From sequence record MZ475893.1: a DNA stretch of 64,000 nt; one strand, 5' to 3'. Positions 46,608 to 54,835 of this stretch are shown here, in pieces; within the stretch, counting starts at the first letter, position 1; every line of letters starts with the position of its first letter. The position numbers and the translations under genes are program-made. The notes beneath the pieces were generated by a model that worked only from the letters and a program-made list of their open reading frames with translations, was not told the DNA's origin and did no database searches.

Positions 46608-48928
46608 CAGATCACCTTACGACTAAGAGACGACACACCAGACTTCTTAGTGACCGTCCACTGATTGTTAGAGAAGTGCTCAACATCGTTTGGAGTTATC
46701 CAGTAGATGTTAGGAATGATCTGCTTGAGAATCGGCAGGAAGTTGTTGACGATGTGACTGCTCACAGCAGGGCTGCAACTGTTGTCAGGCTCGTCCAGAA
46801 CGATGAAGTTGGTGCGGCGGTTAGCTGGGATGAACGGCATGATCGCTACAGCAAACAGCAATCTAAAGCAGTTCGTCTCTGCACCACTCATGATACCAAT
46901 GTCCGTAGTCTTCTTAGAGATCATACGAGTCACGGTAGCACCAACACCCTGCTTGGTAGTGAACAAATCAAAGTGCATCGGTTCAGGGAACACAAGCGAG
47001 GAGTATTCGTTCAGCTTCTTCTCAATCTGTTTCAAACGACCTTCGACGGCTTTCAGTTTCAGCGCGTTGTTCGAGTAGGCTTTGTACAGCACCTCAAACA
47101 CTTTGCGCTTATCGATCAGAGGCTGCAAGTCCGCGAGCTTACCACGAAGTTCCTTGAGAGTTTCCTCGTAGTGTTCATGCTCTTGGATGCGCATCTTGAT
47201 CTTCTGAGCCTTGTGCTCTTTCTTATCAATGTCGTCTGTCAGCTTCTCAACTTCCTGAGTAACCTTCTTGAACTCGGCATCAAGCAAATAGAAGTCGTTG
47301 GAAGGTTTGCCTACAGCTTTGAGAGCACCAAGCAATTCACGCAACGTCTCAAGGTCTTCGATGCGTGCCTCAATGACTTTACGTTTCTTCTTCGGCTTCT
47401 CAATCTTCTTCGGCTTCTTCAACGAATCGAGGCGAGTGTTGAGCTTGTCATACTTCTTGGCAGACTCAAACTGCTCTTCCATTTTATCCAGCAGCTTTCC
47501 TACCTTCTTCATACGAGCTTGAAGTTCTTCACGGTCGAGCTTCGGCTTCTTGACCTTGTTGTCCTTGAGCGCTTGGAGTTCAGCAGACAACGCATAATAG
47601 TCCAGAGCTTCGATGCAGTCATCAACAGTAGCCCGTGCACGGGTTGCAGCTTTAGCCATCGACTTCATATCAACATCCTGAGAACACGTAGGGCACTTTG
47701 TACCTTCAACATGTTCGGACAGATGCTCAAATGCTTTTACGATTGCTCGCGCTTCTGCTCGCGCATCACGAGCTTCTTCCTCAGTTCGTTTAGGACTTTT
47801 GAGCTTAGATAGCCGCTTTTCCAATTGTTTGACTGAGGACTGCCATGCTCTGTATTCTTCTTGCTGGCCATCAATCTCCTCCAGGAGCTGTTCGATTTCT
47901 TCCTCTTCGGCCACCAGCTTGCGATGCTTCTTGCTTGCGGCTTTGCTATCAAAGTCCGAGCAATCGCCGAGTTCTTCAAGTTGCTTGTGCAGCTTTTTCA
48001 GATCTGCCTTATATTCTTCCAGCAGTTCCTCATACTCGGCGTACATGTCGTGCAGTGCAAGGTCGGAGCGGAGTTTCTTTAGCTCCTGTTTGGGATCATC
48101 TGACTCAATGCCAAGCGTGTCGAGTTGATGTTTAATCTTCTCATACTTCTTGGCAGTGTTGCGTTCAGTGCTTACTCCAACCAGACGCTCGGACAAGTTG
48201 TTGCGCTTGGCCTTGAGCTTGTCGATCATGCTGATGATACTTTTCAGCGTGTTCTTTTCTTCTGCATGAATGTCCAGCGCGTTTTGCTTACGCTGCATAA
48301 CGTCCAGCATATCGGCCAGGCCTTTAGATTCTGTCTCGGCATCTTTAGCCAGATCAAGTTTCTTCTTGAGCGCTGCGCGAATGTTATCGAACACATCGAG
48401 GTTGAATAAGCTGGTCAGGTACTTGAGACGATCAGCAGGAGCAGCACGCTGGAACGGATGAGAGATTTGCGACTGGATGTAGCAGTAGCTGTAGAACTCA
48501 TCCTTAGACAGAGGCCAGTGCTTCTGTACCCAAGAGCGTGCAACGTCCTGACGACCAACCTTCTGGTCTTCGCCGTTGTAGAATACCTGATACTTGGTAG
48601 ACGACTGCACGACACGAACAATGCCACCAAGAGGTGACTTCCATGACAGGTCAATCGAGCTACCCTTGCCGAGCATGTTACCCTTGTCTTTCTTTTTCAT
48701 CGCAAGGGGATCAGCTTCATACAGCAAGGTAGGTATTGCAGCGAACAGCATACTCTTACCTACGCCGTTCGTGTTTTCCTTAACGTCTGGACTATCGAGG
48801 TTCTTTCCGCAGATTGTTGCGAAGCCCTCTTTGTCAAGGCCATCAATGTCGAGTTCCTTGTACACGCCAACGTCGCGCAAGTGAATCTCTTTCAGGCCAA
48901 TACCGTGTTGCTGTTTTACTTTCGCCAT
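46607..48928 (-). CDS. sbcC: SbcC/Rad50-like SMC ATPase
   Basis: GKN...NGVGKS Walker A, YIQSQ Q-loop, coiled coil with CPTC zinc hook, MSGAE signature, IVLDEP Walker B. Confidence 0.9.
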   Translation of the reverse strand: MAKVKQQHGIGLKEIHLRDVGVYKELDIDGLDKEGFATICGKNLDSPDVKENTNGVGKSMLFAAIPTLLYEADPLAMKKKDKGNMLGKGSSIDLSWKSPLGGIVRVVQSSTKYQVFYNGEDQKVGRQDVARSWVQKHWPLSKDEFYSYCYIQSQISHPFQRAAPADRLKYLTSLFNLDVFDNIRAALKKKLDLAKDAETESKGLADMLDVMQRKQNALDIHAEEKNTLKSIISMIDKLKAKRNNLSERLVGVSTERNTAKKYEKIKHQLDTLGIESDDPKQELKKLRSDLALHDMYAEYEELLEEYKADLKKLHKQLEELGDCSDFDSKAASKKHRKLVAEEEEIEQLLEEIDGQQEEYRAWQSSVKQLEKRLSKLKSPKRTEEEARDARAEARAIVKAFEHLSEHVEGTKCPTCSQDVDMKSMAKAATRARATVDDCIEALDYYALSAELQALKDNKVKKPKLDREELQARMKKVGKLLDKMEEQFESAKKYDKLNTRLDSLKKPKKIEKPKKKRKVIEARIEDLETLRELLGALKAVGKPSNDFYLLDAEFKKVTQEVEKLTDDIDKKEHKAQKIKMRIQEHEHYEETLKELRGKLADLQPLIDKRKVFEVLYKAYSNNALKLKAVEGRLKQIEKKLNEYSSLVFPEPMHFDLFTTKQGVGATVTRMISKKTTDIGIMSGAETNCFRLLFAVAIMPFIPANRRTNFIVLDEPDNSCSPAVSSHIVNNFLPILKQIIPNIYWITPNDVEHFSNNQWTVTKKSGVSSLSRKVI

Positions 48929-49122
48929 TAGATATACTCGAAGGCTTCTTCCTGAATCAAACCTTTACCGTGAGTCTGCTCGAAGATTTCGATTTCATCA
49001 TCGGTGTAAGGATCAGCAGATTCTGCGATTACGTGATACGCAATGCTTTCATCGCGGTTGGCCAGATGCTCAGGCTTTACGATACGCCACACTGGAACTT
49101 GGATTGGTTCGCGATCAATCAT
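48928..49122 (-). CDS. Hypothetical protein (64 aa)
   Basis: Start reassigned to MIDREP (ATGA overlap). Confidence 0.6.
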   Translation of the reverse strand: MIDREPIQVPVWRIVKPEHLANRDESIAYHVIAESADPYTDDEIEIFEQTHGKGLIQEEAFEYI

Positions 49123-49331
49123 TGGTAAACAGTCTCCGTTACTACCCACATGTCAGGGTCATTATACTTTTGACGCAGTTCTTGGAGAGCTTCGTCGGAA
49201 AGAGGTTGGCTGGTGGTGCAGACGCATTGAGCAACGACCTCCGGCTTAGAAGTAACAGGGTTAATGTCGTGATCGTGACGCATCACGTTCCACTGTTGCT
49301 TAGGGGTCATTGAAATATAAAGGTGTTCCAT
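49119..49331 (-). CDS. Hypothetical protein (70 aa)
   Basis: CTGTAAATA motif 38 nt upstream. Confidence 0.6.
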   Translation of the reverse strand: MEHLYISMTPKQQWNVMRHDHDINPVTSKPEVVAQCVCTTSQPLSDEALQELRQKYNDPDMWVVTETVYQ

Positions 49332-49395
49332 AGCGCTTGCCTATGTGTAGTGTATTGTTGATGGACGTTATTTACAGTATTTGAGGCATACAGAC

Positions 49396-49426
49396 AAAAA
49401 GAAGGGCCACCATCGAGGCAGCCCTT
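49396..49426 (-). terminator. Rho-independent terminator
   Basis: AAGGGCTGCC-TCGAT-GGTGGCCCTTCTTTTT. Confidence 0.7.
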
Positions 49427-49433
49427 GCATGTC

Positions 49434-49880
49434 TTAATATCTACGAGGCTTCTTAGGCTTCTTGATCGTAGACTTGGGACGCTTGATAGCCCGCAGTGCT
49501 TTGCGTGCTTCCACAATTTGTTTGGCCACAGTGGAACGACGAGCTTTGACCTGTTCTGTATCTTGGTCAGTGCCTTTCAGCTTATCGAGTCTGTTCCATT
49601 CTTTCACCAGACGATCAACAACACCAGCACGACCGACGCGTTGCTGGTTGATGCGCACAATGTCCTGATGAGTCTTCACGGAGTTTTGTGCGTCTTTCTG
49701 TTTAGCACGCGCAGATGCAACGTGATCAGAGTTACCCTCAGCAGACTTCTCGTTAAGCTGCTTACGTCTAAGTGCCAGACGGCGTTGCGCTTGCTTGAGT
49801 TCGTCTTTGGAGTTCTCCAGTTGCGTCTGCATGTCTTCAAGAGGACTTGAGCGTGCGCTCAGACTAACGAGAAGTTCCAT
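49434..49880 (-). CDS. Basic coiled-coil protein (MExxVSLS family)
   Basis: Start reassigned to MELLVSLSA (GAGGA SD); Lys/Arg-rich C-terminus. Confidence 0.7.
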   Translation of the reverse strand: MELLVSLSARSSPLEDMQTQLENSKDELKQAQRRLALRRKQLNEKSAEGNSDHVASARAKQKDAQNSVKTHQDIVRINQQRVGRAGVVDRLVKEWNRLDKLKGTDQDTEQVKARRSTVAKQIVEARKALRAIKRPKSTIKKPKKPRRY

Positions 49881-49887
49881 AGGTTCC

Positions 49888-50439
49888 TCACACAGGCTGT
49901 ATGGTAATGATCTGGACGCCTTGTTCATTACGCGACTTGAGAATGCGGAAGCGGAAGTCTATTGGATAAATCCATTCGAGTTCATCCATAAGACCATCAA
50001 GAATCATCTCACGTTCTTCTTCGTCACCACCGAATTCTTTATCAAGATCAGCAGCCATGATAAGATTGTACGTGCGTTGCCAATAGTTGAAGGCTTTGTT
50101 CTTTGGCCCAGGAAGAATCTCCAGCATCGTATCTGTCTTGCCTGCCTTTGCAAAACCTTTAGCAGTAGCGAAGTCTTGACTGAACGACAGGTACTTGTTG
50201 ATCATCACGAAAGGATTCTTAGCCTGCTTAAACAGAGCCATGAGTTCTTTTTCGTACAGACCACGATACAGAGGCATCTCAGGACGTTCGGGATATTTAG
50301 CGATCAGATCATCAAGCGCAGGGCTGGAGCGATTAGCGTCAATCACATGCCCTTTATCGTGGAGCATCGTCCACATAATGTCTTGCTGTCTGTCTGTGTA
50401 GGCAGGTATCTTAGCACTGAGGCTAACCATAAGTTCCAT
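49888..50439 (-). CDS. Mono-ADP-ribosyltransferase (R-S-E clade, Alt/Mod-like)
   Basis: LYRG, YLSFS, DELEW (ExE) motifs in 183 aa; MELMVSLSA N-terminus. Confidence 0.78.
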   Translation of the reverse strand: MELMVSLSAKIPAYTDRQQDIMWTMLHDKGHVIDANRSSPALDDLIAKYPERPEMPLYRGLYEKELMALFKQAKNPFVMINKYLSFSQDFATAKGFAKAGKTDTMLEILPGPKNKAFNYWQRTYNLIMAADLDKEFGGDEEEREMILDGLMDELEWIYPIDFRFRILKSRNEQGVQIITIQPV

Positions 50440-50450
50440 GCATGTTCCTT

Positions 50451-50478
50451 AAAAGAAAAGGCGGACCGAAGCCCGCCT
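50451..50478 (-). terminator. Rho-independent terminator
   Basis: AGGCGGGC-TTCG-GTCCGCCTTTTCTTTT. Confidence 0.7.
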
Positions 50479-50567
50479 ATGAGTAATGTGCGCTATGCAC
50501 TCGACGGTTAAGTCTCCTGCTATTGTTTTACCTCGTTGCAGTAAACGAGGAGATAAGGATCACCTCC

Positions 50568-51104
50568 TCAGACGGTACCTAATACTTCAAGCACATCTTC
50601 GTCGTCCACACTTGCAGACCACGAACGCATAACAGAAGCATTGCCGCGATTGCCTGTCAGCATTGATTTAACTGCTGGTGTGGCTTCGATTTCGGCATAG
50701 TGTTCCAAGAGAGCTTTGTCATCTTTGAACCACATAATGGAGTTACCGTCCTTAGGGACGATCAAGAATTGGGTAGGCTTCTGGGTGACGTTCAACGTCA
50801 GATAGTAATCACCAGCACCTTTAGGAGTCAGCATTGGCATCGGCTTCATCGCATACATGAAGTCCTTAGCGTGCATGAGTTTCTGATCGCCGAGCAACCA
50901 GATTGCGCCTTCTTCGCCTTGACGCACAGCAGACAAATCGCCTTTACGTGTTGCAATCGTTCCGAATACATCTTTATCGAAACGTGACAGACCGAAGATC
51001 AGCGATGCGAGACGCTTCAGGTCCGGGGTCGTGCATGGACTGTTGATTACAGCCATACCCTCAGACCCAAGTGTGAATTTAGAGAGTGAAATAAAGAGTT
51101 CCAT
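50568..51104 (-). CDS. Hypothetical protein (MExxISLS family)
   Basis: Probable start MELFISLS; late-class motif upstream. Confidence 0.65.
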   Translation of the reverse strand: MELFISLSKFTLGSEGMAVINSPCTTPDLKRLASLIFGLSRFDKDVFGTIATRKGDLSAVRQGEEGAIWLLGDQKLMHAKDFMYAMKPMPMLTPKGAGDYYLTLNVTQKPTQFLIVPKDGNSIMWFKDDKALLEHYAEIEATPAVKSMLTGNRGNASVMRSWSASVDDEDVLEVLGTV

Positions 51105-51169
51105 CGTAACGTCCATACCGTCTTATGAATGTATGGTAAAATTAGTGTTCCTTAAGACATTTCTGAAAT

Positions 51170-51199
51170 AAAAAAGGGCGACCCTTAGGCCACCCTTTT
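51170..51199 (-). terminator. Rho-independent terminator
   Basis: AAAAGGGTGGCC-TAAG-GGTCGCCCTTTTTT. Confidence 0.75.
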
Positions 51200-51214
51200 G
51201 TTAGTTATTTACCA

Positions 51215-52492
51215 CTACTTCTTCTTTTTCTTTTTCTTGGGCTTTTCGTCTTCGTCGTCATCTTCGACTTCGTTACCCAATTTCACAGACAGTTTGCCTT
51301 CATAAATGTCGGCCATCAGACTGAGGATAGTTGATTCCAACATAATGTCAGCAGGCACGGAGGTACTGTTGAATGCTACCTCTGCTTCTGCCAGTGCTTT
51401 CTGCAAATAGATCAGGCAAACAAGATTGACCTTAATCTTCTCTTGCTTAACCATATTCAGGAACATCTTGAGGCCAGCAGACTGCCACTTGTTTGTGTCA
51501 GAGTAATGACCAAGCGCACCGTGAAGTACCCAGCGTGCTTTCGCTACGATTGCTCGTGGGTTGTTTGCTTCACGCAGGAACTGAATGACGCCGATAAGGT
51601 CCATCGCAATGAACGCACCGATAGTCTGAACTGCTTTGCCTTCCATTTCAATTTCTGGATCGGCTGCTGCAAGTTCTGCCACCAGCTTCTTATCAAACGC
51701 TTCACCACCTTTAACTGACGCAAAGATGTTTTGCATCATCGTGATTGCACCACGCATCTGACCACCAGCATACTCTGCTACTTGGTGCAGTGCGGATTCG
51801 GCTTTATCACGCGCTTTGTCTTTCTTCGGCATGATGCCAAGCGTGTCTGCAATCTCGGACAGTCGCTTCGCAATGATGTCGGTAGGAATCGGCCTGATAG
51901 GAAGTTGTGTCATACGACTGATCATCGTATCTTTCATCTTCTCAGGGTTCGTGGTCACAAAGATGAACACGACATGAGCTGGTGGTTCTTCAATGATCTT
52001 GAGGAACTTCGATTCGGCTGCGCTCGACATAAGGTGCGCTTCATCGAGAATGAACACACGGCGCTTGAACGTAGCCGCCAGTGGTGCTGAGTCAACGATA
52101 CGCTGTGAGCCTTCAACTTTACCAGAGTCGCTACCCATATCGAACTCTTGCACGTCAGGGTGCTGGCCGTTATTGTACACCATGCGACACGAGGCACACT
52201 TACCACACGCGCTAAACGAATCACAGTTGATGTACTTTGCGACGAGACGCGCAAACGTTGTTTTACCACTACCCAGATGGCCTGTAATGATCATCGTTGA
52301 TGGAACTGTTTTCGACTTCTGCCAACCGTTCATGATCTTAACGATGTGGTCTTGACCTACATAGTCTTCGATGCGTTTCGGTCGAAACTGAGCGGCAAAG
52401 TTTACCGTAGTCAGTTCAGTAGAAGATTCGGACTTGGAACTATCTGAACCAAAGTCGCGTTTCTTCTTCTTTTTCTTTTCTTCTTTCGCCAT
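51215..52492 (-). CDS. dnaX: Clamp loader subunit, DnaX (gamma/tau)-like AAA+ ATPase
   Basis: FRP..EDYVGQDH, GHLGSGKTT, CGKCASC, FILDEAHLMS, FIFVTT, ISRM. Confidence 0.9.
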   Translation of the reverse strand: MAKEEKKKKKKRDFGSDSSKSESSTELTTVNFAAQFRPKRIEDYVGQDHIVKIMNGWQKSKTVPSTMIITGHLGSGKTTFARLVAKYINCDSFSACGKCASCRMVYNNGQHPDVQEFDMGSDSGKVEGSQRIVDSAPLAATFKRRVFILDEAHLMSSAAESKFLKIIEEPPAHVVFIFVTTNPEKMKDTMISRMTQLPIRPIPTDIIAKRLSEIADTLGIMPKKDKARDKAESALHQVAEYAGGQMRGAITMMQNIFASVKGGEAFDKKLVAELAAADPEIEMEGKAVQTIGAFIAMDLIGVIQFLREANNPRAIVAKARWVLHGALGHYSDTNKWQSAGLKMFLNMVKQEKIKVNLVCLIYLQKALAEAEVAFNSTSVPADIMLESTILSLMADIYEGKLSVKLGNEVEDDDEDEKPKKKKKKK

Positions 52493-52546
52493 GATGCTAT
52501 TGCCCTTTAGTTTGATGCTTACTGTCGATATTTACAGATTTTAGAC

Positions 52547-52582
52547 AAAAAGAAAGGACCACATCCAAAATGGAGGGTCCTT
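52547..52582 (-). terminator. Rho-independent terminator
   Basis: AAGGACC...GGTCCTT stem followed by TCTTTTT. Confidence 0.55.
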
Positions 52583-52633
52583 AAAAAGTCTATCTCTGGT
52601 ATGGGACAGCTATCACTAGTGGCAACAGGTGAT

Positions 52634-52843
52634 TCATGCAAAGCTCATCTCCCAGCGGGGCGTCACGCGGGAAAAGAGTTTAAATTCTTCAGGTGGGTTA
52701 GACTTGATTTCGTTGATGGCTGCTTCAACGTCATCGTAATCGTGAAGTCCAGCTTGTACGGTCTGCGTAACGAACGTACCATCTGAATTGATCAAGTCAG
52801 CGACGACTCGATAACTTGGGCGACTCTGTTGCATCCTAAACAT
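52634..52843 (-). CDS. Hypothetical protein (69 aa)
   Basis: AGGAG SD; CTGTAAACA motif upstream. Confidence 0.65.
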   Translation of the reverse strand: MFRMQQSRPSYRVVADLINSDGTFVTQTVQAGLHDYDDVEAAINEIKSNPPEEFKLFSRVTPRWEMSFA

Positions 52844-52899
52844 AACATCTCCTGAATATTAAACCTCAACGTTCTTGAATTATGTTTACAGATTGCTTC

Positions 52900-53295
52900 G
52901 GTCCGTCCTTGCGATTTAAAGTCAGAATAGTCTTAAACTCCAATAAGCTCTTGTTAGAACGTATTGGAGTCCACCCTGTCAGATGACGGTCGTTCAGGGC
53001 TTTCTCCCCGCACACTTATATAGCGCCGTGCGGCAGGCTGCGCTCGCGAGGTCTTATGTTTTCCACAGCAGGTGGTCCAGGAGGTAGCGTCCTCTGAAAA
53101 GATACCCGCCGCACAACAGCCTCGCTATCGGCCAATCAGCGATACGCGGTGTTACGCTGAATCGACCTAAGTGACTCTGGCCGAGTCGTGTACAAAAAAA
53201 AAGAGTTCGGTCCCAATCAAAAAGATGGCGAAAAAGAAAGGGACCGAACAAAAGGCACTCAGCGCAAACTCCTTATGCACTGTTTTTGTACTTGG
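52900..53295 (-). ncRNA. Candidate structured non-coding RNA
   Basis: About 400-nt gap with at least 8 complementary stems, late-class motif at 53298-53304, no convincing ORF. Confidence 0.45.
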
Positions 53296-53331
53296 GAAAA
53301 TTAGTGACATTCCCTTTTATTCAGAAAATTC

Positions 53332-53907
53332 TTAGTCGATGGTTAATTGCATCTGACGCAGAGTTTTGAGAAAATGTCTGCGTTGGAAAGACTCGATACG
53401 GTACGGATGATCGATATGTTTGTTCCAGCCCTGATTAAATAGCATAATGTTGTCGGGCAATTTCTCGGCACCATTCCACTTCGGTTTATCATCTACAAGC
53501 AGGTAATTGCCTGCACCATGAACCGAATCAAGGAACGCAATTTTATCAGGGTAAATCAGTGGACTAATCACATGGAAGTGATCTATCACGTGGAGAAGTC
53601 CGCGCATCGCTAGACGCGAGTAACGAGTTCCAAGTTCGTGATAGCCACGATGAGTGCAAACACCAACAGAGTAACCTTGCTGCACAAGATACTCCAACGT
53701 GCCCTTTGCATACTGACGCATACGCGCATCGAGCATGAACGTCGGACTGTTCAGTATCTCACTGAAATGAATACCGCCATTCTCAGGCGTAATGTATTCA
53801 CCTTCACCGATAGTAACTCCTTTGGCAGCAAGTTTCTTGCGCATCACAGGGTGAGTCTCAAAGAACGTATCATCCAAATCGAAAAAGATTTTCTTTAGCT
53901 TTTGCAT
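53332..53907 (-). CDS. HAD-family 5'(3')-deoxyribonucleotidase-like protein
   Basis: FFDLDDT (I), CTHR (II), K, LVDDKP (IV), LFNQGWN. Confidence 0.82.
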   Translation of the reverse strand: MQKLKKIFFDLDDTFFETHPVMRKKLAAKGVTIGEGEYITPENGGIHFSEILNSPTFMLDARMRQYAKGTLEYLVQQGYSVGVCTHRGYHELGTRYSRLAMRGLLHVIDHFHVISPLIYPDKIAFLDSVHGAGNYLLVDDKPKWNGAEKLPDNIMLFNQGWNKHIDHPYRIESFQRRHFLKTLRQMQLTID

Positions 53908-54242
53908 TAATGCCTCGTGCTGTTAAAGAGCATGGGAATGTCGTTGATGTGTCCGAGATTGAGAAGTAGGTCTGTGTGTAGCAGGCGCATCTCATCCGCG
54001 TTGCAAATGACAATGACTTCTTGCAGTGGGTCAATTAAGAATCGAGGCACCTCAAGCAATTCGACGGTCATGCCATCATCAAGCTCGTCAACAAGGTGCG
54101 CACCCTCCATCCATGTTCTACCTTCAGCATCATCTTTCAAATGACCGATAAAGTATTCGTCATCCAGCTCTATCATCATTAGTGCTGTGTGATCAATTTC
54201 TAGATCATCAAATTCAAAATGAAAGTCATCGTCGTTGCACAT
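53907..54242 (-). CDS. Acidic hypothetical protein
   Basis: 111 aa, coupled to neighbours. Confidence 0.65.
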   Translation of the reverse strand: MCNDDDFHFEFDDLEIDHTALMMIELDDEYFIGHLKDDAEGRTWMEGAHLVDELDDGMTVELLEVPRFLIDPLQEVIVICNADEMRLLHTDLLLNLGHINDIPMLFNSTRH

Positions 54243-54244
54243 GG

Positions 54245-54835
54245 CTATGCCCTCAGGTCAACCAATATAGATCCGCTTAGGTCACGCAGCATCTCTCGAC
54301 CAAGAGGCGTGTACATGATTTGATGCACAGCAATACGTTCGAGGAACTGTTTGCTGGAATGCACATCGTGTCCTGTACGCTTTCGAACAAACTCTATGAT
54401 CGAGGGAGCAGGTTGAATGAGGAACGTCAGTATCTCCGCATCGTGGAGAACACTACCCATGTCAGTGATTGGCTTTAGCTCAGTCTCCTGATCAAGGATA
54501 TATCGGATAACGCGTTCCTCGTTACCAGTTTTAGGATTATGCTTAAAGAAGGCGCGAGCAGATTCAACCATAAGTTTGAAATCATACTCGTCATCCGCAG
54601 TAGGCATTCTGAGAAAGAGAGCAGCAAGCAACAAATTTATTTCCACCTGTGGACCACGTTCAATGTTGAGCATCGCGTGTGCGGTGAGCACTACATCAAG
54701 CGCATAGTCACGGGTATACAGAGGATGAGAGGCTACTGTTCTGTCAAAATAGTCAAGGGCTGTGCGAAGTCCGTGACGAGATAACAGGTGCTCTGCCTTA
54801 ACACGAGCTAGGCGTTGCACCCTAGTCTTCTCCAC
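54245..54835 (-). CDS. HD-domain-like protein, catalytic doublet apparently lost
   Basis: LLLAALF followed by LR instead of HD; distal LHDAE. Confidence 0.45.
   Translation of the reverse strand: MEKTRVQRLARVKAEHLLSRHGLRTALDYFDRTVASHPLYTRDYALDVVLTAHAMLNIERGPQVEINLLLAALFLRMPTADDEYDFKLMVESARAFFKHNPKTGNEERVIRYILDQETELKPITDMGSVLHDAEILTFLIQPAPSIIEFVRKRTGHDVHSSKQFLERIAVHQIMYTPLGREMLRDLSGSILVDLRA

Noticed and set aside
51215-52492. E. coli dnaX-type -1 frameshift producing gamma/tau
   Set aside because: The Lys tracts at the termini contain at most A5G, not the A AAA AAG heptamer; the protein is already gamma-sized
53054-53251. 65-aa ORF inside the structured gap
   Set aside because: TTG start, crosses a T9 terminator-like tract and has no recognisable composition; an RNA structure explains the region better
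52900-53295. Group I intron, tmRNA, RNase P or tRNA identity for the structured region
   Set aside because: Partial resemblances (GCGGGGAGAAAGCCC, TGAACGACCG) lack the matching P7 partner, T-arm/CCA or interrupted host gene
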